A DNA stretch of 64,000 nucleotides from Amphiscolops sp. MND2022 (GCA_964187785.1 OZ076409.1:94552001-94616000); one strand, 5' to 3'. Numbered from the stretch's first letter, positions 50,601 to 63,762 are shown. The notes: a model not told the origin generated them from the letters alone. Translations and numbers: made by a program.

Positions 50601-52657
50601 GTAGGAGTAAAGTTTTAAAACAAAAAGTTTAATTGAAAATGAAAAAAACTTCAAACTCCCTTTTAAAAGCCAATCGGAAAAATGATAGAACTCCCAACAA
50701 TTTTTTTGCAGATACTTCTTTGTTATGTTTTGATGAACCACGAACTTTCTGTAAACGCATCTCAGAGAAAAATATGTCCCATTGATACTTTTACCGAAGT
50801 GATGTTGTCTGGGAACAGTACCAAATGTTAAGTTTGTATTTGAGTTCCTCAAAATTGGTCAATCAAAACGAGAGACAACAATGTAAAGACCTAGATTTAT
50901 TCAGAAACATATAAAATTCAGTAAGACGCCCGCTATTTTCCGCCTTCAATTGGCTAACAATGGACTCGAAAATTTACCTCCTCGGTAGTAAAACACAATT
51001 AACTTCGGATATGATGTCAAAAGTTCGGATATAGCATAGCGTGCTGGGATAAATGGGAGCGCTTATTTTTGAACTTCTGCCCCGCCTTAGTAAAACTCAA
51101 TAGTAAACAAAATGAAGTAAAAAGTTCAAATTTTGCAGAATTTGGAAAAAAACGCAATACATATTATAAGTTTCCTCCCCCTACACAATAAATTTTGGAG
51201 GCGGAAAATATGATTCTTGCAATAGTTTCCCAACTGAAATAACTTCAACGTTGGCCTCAAAAAATTCTCTCAGCTGTTTTGGAAGCGAGGTCTGCAAACG
51301 CCAAATCATGAAATCCAGTTATGAGTCATGTCGAGAAAACCCCATAGTGTTTCCGATTATGATAACTACCATGGTGATTGGATTCTGCCGTCTCATTCTG
51401 AACTTTCTCTCGTTTCTGATTTGGAAACAGAGTCCAAAGAAAACGAGCACTCACTACTACTTGATGGGTTAGTCTAAAAGGTTTTTTGAGTCTTCCCTGG
51501 TTGAAACTGCTTAAACGTTTTGCATGTATTTTAATGTTACCAGCAAATTTTAATATGATTTTGTAAAAATCTTAGGAAAATTTTCATGCAAAAATACAAA
51601 TGTATTTCTCTGTTGTTTTTAACTTTCATAAAGCTGCTTGAAAGACGCATCAAAGTTTTGGCGGTGATTTTAAGCCTTGAAGTTTTGCAGGTTTCATTAA
51701 GCAGCAGCTATAAGTTCGAAAGCAATTAAATCGCTATCAATTTTACCGCTAATTTAATGCAAAATAACTTCAGTCGCGTAATAAACTGCAGATTAGCGCA
51801 ATGTTCAGCGTGCTATTTGAGAGACGGTGATCACATCTGAGTAGTTGAAAAAAACAAAGTGTGAATACAAACTAATCGTGTCGGTAATGTAGTGGAATTT
51901 ATTTTCAAATTTAATTGCAGGAGTGGAAAAAGCAGTGTAATTGTACATGATTTATCACCCGAAGTTCGCTAAATTTTCTAGGTTTAATAAAAAATTACCC
52001 TGCATGCAGGCCTACAGCATGTAAAAAGTTCCTGCAGTTTCAACTAGGGTTATTTTACCTCATTAGTAGCCACCCAAGAAACACAAAAAAAATGAAGTTG
52101 GGGAGAAATTCTTTGGATCCCGCAGACAAATCTCAGCTCAGTTCTGTTTTTAGTCGGCGCATTTTAGTAGAAAATGTGCCCGACTCTTACAGTGGGTAGT
52201 TTTTTTAGACACGAAAGGTCCACTTTTTTGCTCAGTTCATTTGTTCAACAACTTGGGGGAGGTTCAAAACGCGGAGGTTCAAAACACTCGAAATCTCAGA
52301 ACCTTGTGCTAAACAAAACAAAAGAAACAAACGGACGTCCTGGAAAACATAATAAGGGTCCAAAGTTAGACATTTCCAAATTTTTCGGCACTATGAGACA
52401 TTTTTCGAATTTTTTTGTTACAACAAATGCTCCCACTTCAATTTTTCACATTACCTCCACTTCCAATTTTTTTCAGGTACGTTTTATGTTTTTCTGCCCG
52501 AAGACTGTCAGGTAAAAATCGGTTGAGTTTCCACAGTTATTTTTTCTATCCACACGAACTGATCAAAACAGTTCTTAAAAGTTCCACAAAGTATTATTGC
52601 ACCAAATTGCACCATTTGGCCTAGCGAACTGAACCAAAACGGTTTTTCCTGTTTTTC
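47625..52657. repeat. Tandem duplication, 2514-bp unit (47625-50143 / 50139-52657)
   Basis: Near-identical copies with a handful of SNPs and 1-bp indels; 5-bp microhomology TTTTC at the breakpoints. Confidence 0.97.
48982..49536. mobile_element. MITE with CCCT(A/G)GTTGAAACTGC TIRs (duplicated at 51495-52049; partial right end at ~46850-46920)
   Basis: Left CCCTGGTTGAAACTGC, right GCAGTTTCAACTAGGG, flanked by TT/TT (candidate 2-bp TSD, CMC-like). Confidence 0.75.
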
Positions 52658-53305
52658 CGCGTAAAATACCATACCGGGCGAGACCAACCAAAGGATCCCC
52701 CCTTTCAATTTTTTTTCGGCACTGCGAGACTTTTTTCGGAAAATATTTTTCCCAAAGGGTCTACCTTCAATTTTTTGCTATTTTTCGTCAGAATGGATGT
52801 TGGAAAATCCCAAGGGGTGCCCCCTTTTCCCCCTTCTCAGTTTTTTTCGGCACTGTGAGATTTTTTCCGGAAATAAAAATTATTCCCCCTCCAATTTTTG
52901 ATGTTTTGCGACAGAATGGATGTTGGAAAACCTCAAAGGGTCCCTTTCAGTTTTTCGGCATTGTGAGACTTTTTTTCTAAAATTTTTTTCTCTCCAAAGG
53001 GTCCCGCTTCAATTTCTTTGATATTTTACAACAGATTGGTTGTTTAAAAATCCCAAAGGGTTCCCCCTTTCAGTTTTTCGGCATTGTGAGACTTTTTTTC
53101 GAATATTGTGTTTTTTCTCCAAAGGGTCCCCCTTCAACTGCGACAAAAATGTTGACAATTTCGGAAGTGTCCCCTTTTTAGCGCGCCAGGAGCTCCATTT
53201 TTTTGCTTTTTCGATTTTCGACTACTGTAAATTGACTCTTGGAAGTCCTTTTGCTGTTTTTGAGCCTTGGATATGGCGCCGACTTGGGCCGGTCCCGGCT
53301 TGTTT
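52147..53305 (+). mobile_element. HINE, full-length (its 5' half is duplicated at 49633-50143)
   Basis: 5' AGTCGGCGC...GCCCGACT hairpin; internal array of aaagggtccc/tttttcggcactgtgagac repeats; 3' GCGCCGACT followed by GCCGG-TC-CCGGC hairpin and a T-run. Confidence 0.8.
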
Positions 53306-56300
53306 TTTTTTAAAATTAATGAGAATATTAGAAACAAAATCAGAAACCTTCAGTTTAAATTTATTGTCCGGATGACTGTTTAAAATTCAGATGTAATATT
53401 TGTTCACACTTTCTCTTAGGAAATCAACAGCTTCAATTTTTGAGCCAAACAATCAGACATTTTTCACAAGTGTGTGGAAAATGTTTTGTTCCAACAAAAC
53501 ATTATTCGAATAGAAATTAACTTTCTGTTATAAAAAATTTCACTCTTACTTCGGCCAGTTAAAAACTGCAAATTCAATCAGTAAAATTTTCATTGTAAAT
53601 TAAAATCTCGCTCCCTGGTAAAAGCGAACTGCGTTGAAGTTGAATATGTTTGTATTCGTTAGTTCTACTAATCCTGGGATCCTGATTTCAATTTCCAGAT
53701 AAGGGGAATGAACTCTGACTTTCAGCAAAACACATCCCTGAATTTTTTTGGAAACATATTTTCTTTCAATGAATGAGAGTTCTTTCATTTTTTGTTACAC
53801 CATTCCAGCTTTCATGATTTACTTGGCTTCTCGCATTGAAACAAAAAAAAGATGTTACAGAAGTTTTTTCTTTTCGGTTTTCCTTTGAGTACACCTTCGA
53901 TTCAATTATTATTTGTTTTTTTTTAATTCAAAATCATGTAGGCTGTTGAAGCTTTGGACAGTTTCATCTAATGTTTGTTGAGGTTTTGGATATTCTTGTG
54001 GGAATGGTTTGCCCGAAAGTTGAACACGAAAACTATTCGCGACTTAGTTCACCCTTGTCAACAAAAATTTGAAATAGTTTTTTTAAAAAAAAAAATAAGG
54101 ATAACAAAGTCACGATGATATTTCTATCCAATTTTCTTGCAAGTTTGTAGTTTATTTACACGCATATGTTGTTGCTAAAAATAGTTAGAACGAAAAAATC
54201 TCGATGCTCAGAGGGGGTTCTGTGGAATGTTCTAGTCCCCTTTTTCCATTTCAGCTTTGGCTGTGTGCGATAGTCTCGCGATTGTGTTTGATGCAATAGT
54301 CGATGGTTTTGACTGCTTGAAGGGCGGAAAAGTTCTCAGTTCACCACAATGGCTTTGTATAGCAGGTTAGACAAAGACCTTTTAAGATCTGCGACGCCGC
54401 TTGTTAGGCCCATATTTCATTTTTGAAGTAATAATAATGCCACAGTTGTGTTCACATTAAAAAAAGTTGACGTACTTCAATTTTAGATTTACTCAAAAAT
54501 TAGATTTCGTTAAAATGCAGCGACCAATATATCATACGTTACAAAAGTGAATCTCCTAAAATGAAAGAGTGCCTAACAAATTTCATTTGCAGATAAAGCG
54601 CTCGATACTACAACAACCTTCTCAACCTTCTGGATGATAACCCTGATTGCCGTCAATCGATGTATAGCAGTACTCTACCCCCAGAAATATAAAACGCATT
54701 TTTCCAATCCGAAAACAGCCCGGAAGATGATTGCGATTTCGATGGTTCTTGTGTATGGATACGGGGTTGTGTGGACCATTTTTGCTGCATGGACCGCCGG
54801 GTAAGGTATTTTGAAGTTTTCGTTTATCATTGCTGAGGTTTAATGCGAAACATGTAAGGATTTTTCACATGACCTTTTCATTATAGTTTGCAGAATGTAC
54901 GGCTTCCGCTACGTACGGTAGCGTAATGCTGAAAATCGATAAAAACCGGGTTAGCACATCAAAAAGAGTCTTTCTATGAGTTTTCAGTCTTTATGGGCTC
55001 TCAGGCCATGACGTTCTCTGTGTTCTCGCTCGGTCTGCTCTCGTCTTCGTTTTGAATTGAAAATGGCAAAAACAGCGAAAAGAGCAATCACATGCTCAGT
55101 GCCACGTCACACATCGAATTAGAATTTTTGACAAAATTTCTGAACATGTCAATGTTGTAAAATTGACTGATTTTGCTGTACCTGAGGGTGCCGTTACAAA
55201 TTTTCGCCCAACCTAGACAAACTATGCACCACAAAGAAGACTTCAGGCTTTTTTTCAGCGCTAAGCGACGTTCATAGAAATTGATTCTCACATGACTGGG
55301 GCACTTTTCGTTTGTTTGCTCTGAGTTAGTTTTTGAACTGTTGAAATAAAACTATGCTTTTAGTCCTCTTTCAACTACTTCCTGTGGAATGACGAAAATG
55401 CTTGGCTTCAAAGACCTGTTGTTTTATGTATTCACTTTCCTGGGTATAGGGGTTCCGCTTCTTGTTGTAACAGTATCTAGCGGCATTCTTTTATACGAAT
55501 GGAGGGGAAAAGGGTTGGAAGAACATGATTAAAATTTGATATAAAACTTTTTTGAGATCTATCAATAAAATTTTTGCTGTTATTGTATATTTTTCTAGAT
55601 GTTTTCATGGATATTTTCCAGCTCATGATAACTGACAGCCAAAAACGAAAAATTAAGATGATTAAAAATCTTCATTCAACTCAAATCTAGAAAACAAAAC
55701 TTGTTTTCAGCTTGTAAGAAAAAATCCATCACAGCCCAATTGGTTACTAGAAACCACTGTTTGAATAAAAACAAATTTTAGGTAACAATGCATTCAAAAA
55801 AAGTTGTACGCTCCATTTAAACTTTCAATCATGATCTCTTGCTCTCAACAAGTGATGAACAAGTTTCCGACGTGAGAAATTCAATCGTGTCTATCTCAGT
55901 TGTCTTCGTTGTTTTATGCGGATCGGGACAAACTCTTACTATATACAATCATGGTTTGCTTGCACATGAGATTCTAAACAAAAACGTAGGAAAACTATTG
56001 AATAATGAGAAAATAATAAAATAAAATAGACAAAAATGATAGATTTTATCTGCTATTTGATGAAGATATAACGTATGTAAACACAAGTGGTATAATTTTT
56101 CTTAGTTCAAAACGTATGAACTTTTTACATGGTTTTACAGGTTGTCAGCAACTTTGCCCCCTCGTAAATGCACACCACAATCCGAATTTTGTGTCAGGAC
56201 ATTTCGTCTTATTCAATTTCAACCTACGGCAGTTTCAACCTATCACACTTGCACCTAATTACTCTCAAACAGTGCTAATTATGAAAGACTTTATTGTAAT

Positions 56301-56316
56301 TAATATAGCTATAAAA

Positions 56317-57042
56317 GAGAGGCGGAAATTTCGTCGCCAGAAATTTCGTCGTCAGAAATTTCGTCGTAAGAAATTTCGTCGTATTAGCAAATCCAGAAAT
56401 TTCGTCGTCAGAAAATTCGTCGTCGGAAATTTCGTCGTATCGATTAGAATAACAGTGTTCACCAAAAGATATCATTTGAATTATACAATTACTTATTTAT
56501 TAAAATGAGATCTTAAGAACAAGTTTCATTTTGACACCAAAATTGAGTCAAAAAGTTGATTGCATTCAATCAACTTATCAAGACGCTTATTAAGCAATGG
56601 TATATTTTCAGTCCTACCGGTGGAACTACTTACCGGGGCTTTACAATACAATTCAAGATTGCTCCAGGGGGGATTTTTGCTTTTTTGTCAGAAAATTATC
56701 AAAAAATCCTTTGGTAATGGAAATTTTTGTGTCGAAACAACTTCGTATTGGGGGGATAAGAAACAAGGTGTATATGGGGAGTTATAAGGTCCGAAACTTT
56801 TTCAAAACCATAACAAAAGGTAGTCAATGATAGTAATTATTGCACAATTATCGATAATTATTAAGACGCAATAATAAGACGATTCCTAATAGATTAAAGA
56901 AAATGCGACGTTTTATAGAACGTAATCACCGACGACGAAATTTCCGACGACGAAATTTCCGACGACGAAATTTCCGACGACGAAATTTCCGACGACGAAA
57001 TTTCCGACGATGAAATTTCCGACGACGAAATTTCTGGTGATC
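56317..57042. mobile_element. Foldback-type element with 15-bp repeat TIRs (GAAATTTCGTCGTCR)
   Basis: About 7 units per arm in inverted orientation; flanking direct repeat CTATAAAA at 56309-56316 and 57043-57050. Confidence 0.88.
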
Positions 57043-59849
57043 CTATAAAAAGAGTCAGCAACTAACAATAATATTTGAAAAGTGATAATTACTTGGAAAG
57101 GTTTCGTAGTGTAAATAGCGATGTTAACCGATTTGTAAACATTCCACGCGGAAAGTATTATGATAAGAAGAGAAAATAACATTGAAACTCAAAACATTAA
57201 TTCAAAAACTTGCTGTAATGATTCGTTTGAATTGATTCCTTTGTTTCGTGAGCGTGTATTTGAAAAAAAAAAGAAAAGTGTGCAATTAGGCGGAGTGTGC
57301 AACTATGCGGAGTAAATCAGGTGCATGTAATAGAAAAGATGGGACTTGCAAATTGTGGTCAATTAAGCAGAGTCTACTGCTCTATGGTTTTCTCTAATTT
57401 TCACAGTAACTTTAATGTGAGAACATATCTCTGTTGTAATCGATTTTCATCCAACTGCCTGAAAAATTCATATAAAATTTTGCAGGCTTCATTTTGTATC
57501 TGTTCTATTACCAAATGCCAAATGTTTCAAAAACTGAATAAGCCATTTTTTACCATTTTTGACGTTCTAGCTGAAGAACTAGACCATTCTCTTTTTCATG
57601 ATTCTTTTTCATCGATAAAAACTGATCTTTCAGTTATTCTGATGAAATAATGATTATTCTGCAGTTCAATCAATACGCCAAACCTTGAGTAGGATTTGGA
57701 AATGCATTTGCCAATATGTCTTGCAAAAAAGTGAGGAACAAATTCAACTCAAGAAGTTTTCCACCGACCTTTTGAGTTCAGCACTAAAACATTATCAAAC
57801 TGAAAAAGTAATGAAATGAAAAACTACTGCCCTTGGAGCCACAGAACTGTGCAATGAGTGAAAAATGTTCTGTGAAAATTAGAGCACCGAAAGAGTAGAT
57901 TAAAGTAATAAATTCTCTCAACGACCGAAATTACACTGACGCTTCACTTGAGAAATGAGAAATTGAGAAATCCCCAAAAGTTACTTTTCAAATTTTCAGG
58001 AAGTTCTGCAAAAACTTCATGATTTTTTCTCATTTCGGCTAAGAATTTCAACGCATTAGTGTCTAGAATTTACAGCGTGCAAACTTTTTATTCTGGCGCA
58101 GAGTTCAAAGGCATTCATTAGCAGCTATAGGAAGCAAGTATTATACATGTATAGCATAGCAAGAAGATAATTACCAATGAAACCAACAGAATTTCATGTG
58201 CTGACAGGAATTTCAACCCAGCTAGGATGCATTGCCGACTTGTGGAATTCGAAAATAACGAATGTTACATAACGCTTGTATCCCACTTTGATACACAAAT
58301 TTTCTCACAAATTTTACATTTTGAGATATTTCAGACGTCTTGGCTTGCTTGACTTAGCTGCATTTTTTTTGGAAAATACAGTATTGTTATTAAGAAATCA
58401 TCCCCGGGCAATTTTAGGCTCGATTTTCTCGAACTGGGTAGAAAATTTTGAGAACGTTAGAAGTAAAAGTTTCTTAGAACTTCATGTAGTTTACAATTGG
58501 GACTTTTTGCCGGTTTTCCTATTTTTGATCATTTATACTCAGTTTTTTTTGGCAAATTTTATACTCGGTCAAATCCCGCAAATATAGCGCGAAAATTTTT
58601 GTGCATTCCGTTTTTTGCTATTGATCTCACAAGCTTTTGAAAATAGACTTCAACGGTTTAGAATAAATATCACTAGATCGCCAAAAAATTTGAAAACTTC
58701 AAAAACTCACCTTTTTTTATGATGTTAAGTTGTTGGTACTCGAAAGCAATGTTGAATTAGAACCAGCATCTAAAGCAAAAAACATCCAACTTTTGGCGGA
58801 AAACACTCACCCAATTGAACAATCTGACAGGTTTATGTGAAGTCCATCGAAATATGGTTCCCAGTTATTTATAAACTGAAACGATGCATCTTTTTCTTCG
58901 TGGAAGACCTCACGCTGTATCGGACTTTCTGGAAGAGCTATTCTTTGTATTGAACAGTTCTGTGAATTTTTTTCTGTACTTCGCTAGCAGCAAGGTGTTT
59001 CGATGCGAGCTGAAAAAGTACCTGCAGAAAACCCGGGACGAGGAAGCTGAAAAAAAGGAAGCGGAAAATGGTGGAAAAGAAACTGAATTACGTACCACTA
59101 CCTCCGGTACTGAAACCAGAGAGGACGTTAACTGAGTGCAGAAAACAGTATTCTCAGACTTCTTCAAACACATTTCTTTCAGTATTATGGTGTAATATTT
59201 TCAATATCTTAAATAATAAATAAAACATCTCAATATTTTCATCTTAACGAGCTCCATCAATTCAACTTGATTTTGCTAAATCTTTTTTAAAAATAAAAAT
59301 ACCATGTTTGGAGTTTCGCCACATTAGACATCCATGTTGAACCTCTTTGGTATCCTTGCCAATGTTGGCAAGTTGATATAGCGAAACGTTTCAGAGATGG
59401 TTCTGGTTTCAGAAGGCGATGCGGGAAATCAGACAGGATCTTCAAGGATCTAACTCAACACGTGGTTCCATGTAATTCCATGGATAGAACCACGTGGTCC
59501 TATGCGACAATTTCATGCCATTTTCATGCAGAGTCGCATGGAGCCATATGGATTTTATGCATGAAATTGTTTACACACTTTTGTACTCGATATAACCGGA
59601 ATATAAACCAACAATTTGGGATCTCTTTCACTATGTCACCCACCCCCTATAGCAGGAGGGAAACGTATTCGAATGCCTTCCTACATGGCGCCGTGGATTA
59701 CCAGTCCTGACTGTTAATCAATCAACCAGAGTGCAGTCTTCATTTATTAAGTATACTTGGCCAGTATTGAACACTCTATAATTGAACGTCTGAGTACGGC
59801 CAAGCGCCATAGACGGACTGATATTAAAGGACAATTATGCGTTCAAATT

Positions 59850-60430
59850 TGTTACGACTTATACACGGGTCGTTGCTATTGGTAGAGTTTATTCTTACTG
59901 ATTTTGTAGGAGTATAAAAACTCCTAGTTTCATTTTCTAGGTGGTTTTCGTCGTCTTCTCTTGCACTTTCTCCTGTTTTAGGTTTTAGCATTTTCATTAT
60001 CTCCTTTTGAGATTCTATTAGGAGGGCTTTGATATCTCTTTCGAAGAAGCTTGCAAACTTTCCAAGACACTATTTTTAATCCTAGGGGAAATAGCGTTAG
60101 AAGGCCACGTTGCTGACACATCTTGATTTGAGAATCTCGAGTATTCCACAACAACTGGTGAGATTAAACCTTCACTTACGTTTTCAGAGCTTTACTGAAG
60201 ATTGTTCCTTCTTTTCTGACTTCTTGTAGCAGACATCTTGGTGAAAAGGGTTTGCTTTTTTTCAATTGATTCTTGATTATTCGTTTTAACTGAGGTGAGG
60301 CAAAGTTATATAAAGAGAAACTTCAGAACATCTGTATTGTATCAGAGCAAAAGGCTGAGTCCCTTAACCACCGTGCTACGCCGTATTTATACGCCCCTAG
60401 CATCATTTGATCACGAACGAAAACCCTAAA
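59850..60430 (-). mobile_element. LTR-like relic with TATA and decayed ORF MSATRSQKRR...DPCISRN
   Basis: aaatgatgctaggggcgTATAAATA at ~60408-60384; ATG at 60236; ends at AGTCGTAACA (59850), as does the 11968 copy. Confidence 0.6.
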
Positions 60431-60519
60431 TTCCAATGAACAACTAGTTCTGTTTTACTGTATTTCCTGTATTTCGGGTTAGTGAAAATACGTGTTCACT
60501 TGAATATTGTTTTCTTTGT

Positions 60520-61062
60520 CTTCATTTGAAGCAAAAGATGTTGATAGCGTTTGTAAATGTTGATGTTCGTCTTTGAGTTAACTTTGTTGCCTATCGTGTT
60601 AATGAATAACCCTGAAAAAGAGAAAAGGGCGCGATTCAATTACAAACAACAAAAGAGCAACCCAACCGTTGCCTGAAACGAACCCAATCCTTGTTTTATT
60701 GCACAAATTAGCGATGTAGAGACACATTTGGTGCATTTGTATTTCCCTGTAGTAATAGAACACACATACCCCAATTATGCGGAAAACACTTAAAAAAGTA
60801 TGATGATACACTCATAATCAAGCATAACAAAGCCTCACACTGTGCTTACAATTTATACTGCATTATGCAGTTTGCATGGAACAGCTCAAGAGAAAACACG
60901 GATCAAATAATGAAATCGATAAAGACACATATCAGGATAATCGCTTTCAGTCCTCAGAAATGTATGAACTAAGGCAGCCGTCAATTCCTTTTGGAGTTGT
61001 AAATGAGACCTCAGATGATACAATTGTAATGAACGAAAACAGACAGGAAACCGATTATCACA
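60520..61062 (+). mobile_element. LTR-like fragment related to the 5' end of the Gypsy at 43880-46560
   Basis: High similarity to the reverse complement of 46150-46480 (gcaacccaaccgttgcctgaaa.gaacccaatccttgttttatt). A short ORF runs to candidate end GATTATCACA. Confidence 0.55.
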
Positions 61063-61182
61063 GAGCTAAACAACACCTAGCGAAACTTTCATAAGTTTTT
61101 TCTGAAGACATTAACTCAGAAATTGTAAAAGAAGGTGTGGAGGAATACAACCGAAAACATTTATGGTGATCATGTCAAACAG

Positions 61183-61830
61183 GAAAAAGCCGGGAGCGGC
61201 ATAAGCTTGAGCGCCCTGCTTAAAGCTCAAAAAGAGCAAAAGTACTTCAAAGCGGCATGGAATCTTTTTTGAACAAGCTCTCAATTTCACAGTACCGAAA
61301 GGACCCAAAAGTGTGACCTTTTGTGCCTAAAAAGGATTTTTTGCTTTTATTGTGACCAGAAATAACGTTTACTTCGGGTATAGCGTCAAACAATTCAGAT
61401 ATTATTTATTTTCTTATTCCTTTTAGAAGGAAACGAAACATCGAAAAAGATACTATTCGAAACTCCGCCTCCTCCTCTTCAGTAAAACACAATTTACTTC
61501 GCATAAAACGTCAAAAAGTTGTATATAACGCAATATTCTCGAGCCTCCGATTCCTTCTTAGTAAAATGCAATTTAGTCAAAAAGTTGGATGTAGGGTGCT
61601 CTCTTCGACTTTGAAACGAAACGAAACATGAAACAGATGAGATTTGAACCTCTGCATCCCCCTGAGTAAAACGCGATGTACTTTTGATGTAACGTCAAAA
61701 ATTCGGATGTACCATGTTTTTTCACTCTGGAAGTAAACGAAAAATTGCAACAGATTAGATTCGACCATCCCCTCCTCACTAGTAAAAAGCAATTTAGTTC
61801 GGATAAAACGTCAAAAATGGAATTGATTCT
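61183..61830 (-). repeat. Diverged HINE-like 3' end plus degenerate ~70-120-bp tandem repeats
   Basis: aaagccgggagcggcataagcttgagcgccc...aagctcaaaa resembles the HINE end; the motif agtaaaa..caattta.ttcg.ataaaacgtcaaaaa recurs about 4 times. Confidence 0.5.
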
Positions 61831-63199
61831 AATTTCCGGTTTTCAAAGTATTCCTCGAAAAACCTTATGGAATTTCGATATCATTTTTTCCAAATCCGGA
61901 AAGTGGTAAATAATACGATATTCCATGATGTTACTCTGAAGACCAGCTAAATTGTAGAAAAATCAATCCTAATATAAATACCAAAAAAATAGTGACGCAT
62001 CATGATGATTTTGAGCATGAAAACTTCACTAAGCAGCTCCAAAAACCTAATAAAATTGCCTTGCAGCTTACAAAGACATATGAAACATTTGAGCACTTTC
62101 AACTGGGAATGCGCAAACCATACTTTGGCAAAATATTCTTTCCTCAAAATACTCTTGCCTCAAAATATTCCTGCCTCAACTTACTGACTTCTACTTTTCT
62201 ATGTATGATCTACCCTTTTCATCTGAGCATTGCTCCATCCAACTATCGCTTTGGAGCCAGATGTTTAATTGAGGGGACCAACTTTGTGATCAAAGCCACA
62301 AAAATGCCGCTGGGATGCTTTTTCTGGCCACGTTCGGAACGATGACCAAAAGGACCAAACTCGTTGGCTACAAAAAATTTGCCTGTGGATTGTTTCAAGT
62401 TTTCCTGACCAAGTATTTGAGAGGTTGCCGCCCTGACTGGTTCGGTTCAGTTGTCAAGATTACGTCATGCAAGACTTATTTTTAGGCGCTTTTGAAGGTT
62501 TGAAACAGTTGGATTTCATGGTAGCTGAATATTTTCATTCTTTTCCTCTCGACTGAATTCATTTTAGGCTGGCATATATTTTTTCTATTGAAAACTTAGC
62601 AGTTACGTTTACGCTTTGTTGTTATTGTTGTGGTTGAACTTCAAAATGTCAAACTTCGGTAGCGAAAACTATGCATCAAAGGCAAACAACCAATTTTCTA
62701 CGAAAATTTTTCGATCTGAAAATCAATTATTATTGAACCAATCTTGTAAAAATGATGAAAAGTTTTGTTTGGCAATCAAGGAATATTTTTTAAGTTTACC
62801 CTGCAGAATTTCACATCAATCAATGAAAACATCCAGATTAATCATTATAATGGTTTCAAACTGAATTATGGTTTCAAACTGAATTCAAAATTATGGATTT
62901 TTATAATTGGTCCCGATGTTGTATGTGGATTCCAATTTCCCCATTCTACGACTATTACCTAGTGCCAAATTAAACCGTATGAACTGAAATAATCTTGCGT
63001 TTGGGGGTTCACTTACATTCCATAAATGAGGAAATTTGTCTAAATTACTATTTTTTGCGAATTAACAGGCGTTTCTTTTCAAACGAGGTGTAGATCGATT
63101 CAAGGTCATCATTGACTTTTCGATAGTTGACTCAGTTTCGTAGACCTTAACTCACGAGAAACGATCTTTTTAATGATGACAGAAAAAAGCTTCAACTTT

Positions 63200-63762
63200 G
63201 AGAGTACGGAAAATTCAACACATGAAAACTCAACACAAGAAAACTCAACACAAGAAAACTCAACACAAAAACTCAACACATTTAATTAATTTTAGTTAAT
63301 ACCTGAATTGAGTTTATATTCCGAAATCTAACTAATTGTTAGATCCGTATTATTTTCGTGAGCACTTAGTCACAATTGCGACTCATTTTAAAAACATATA
63401 AAGACGTATAATTTCCTTTACATCTAGTCATGATTGCGACTTTTTCCTGTATTAAACTGTTTTTCACGTTGAAACGTTGTTTACATTGGCCCAAACGATG
63501 AAACAAAACGATAGAAAAAGTATAAACGCAAACACAAAAATTTCAAAAAAAAATTGTGTCAAGTGCATCAATTATGAGCAGTACGAACAAGGAATATAGA
63601 TGTATAATATATATCACGATTAATAATGGCTTAAAATAAGTTGAGTTTGCTGTGTTGAGTTTTCCTGTGTTGAGTTTTCCTGTGTTGAGTTTTCGTGTGT
63701 TGAGTTTTCTTGTGTTGTGTTTTCTTATGTCGAGTTTTCTTGTGTTGAGTTTTCTGGTAATC
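63200..63762. mobile_element. Foldback-type element with 15-bp repeat TIRs (GAAAACTCAACACAA)
   Basis: Inverted arrays at 63209-63280 and 63640-63754; termini resemble those of 56317-57042; no clear TSD. Confidence 0.8.

Larger units (their letters stand above)
47042..59135 (+). pseudogene. Multi-exon rhodopsin-family peptide-receptor-like GPCR, probably pseudogenised
   Basis: Phase-compatible exons: 47042-47115, 47280-47332, 47584-47743, 48761-48954 (duplicate 51274-51467; TM1 ...LILNFLSFLIW..TSTHYYL), 54255-54365 (TM2 LAVCD), 54593-54800 (TM3 IAVNRCIAVLYP, TM4), 55853-55953 (TM6-like) and 58831-59135 (TM7 LNSSVNFFLY..SKVFR). In-frame TAA at 47688 and 58872. No TM5 exon found. The three 5' exons and the TM6 exon are less certain. 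Confidence 0.75.

Noticed and set aside
47688..58874. TAA reassignment to a sense codon suggested by two in-frame TAAs in the GPCR
   Set aside because: Only two cases, in a gene with other lesions; the other GPCR has none across ~250 codons. Pseudogenisation is simpler.
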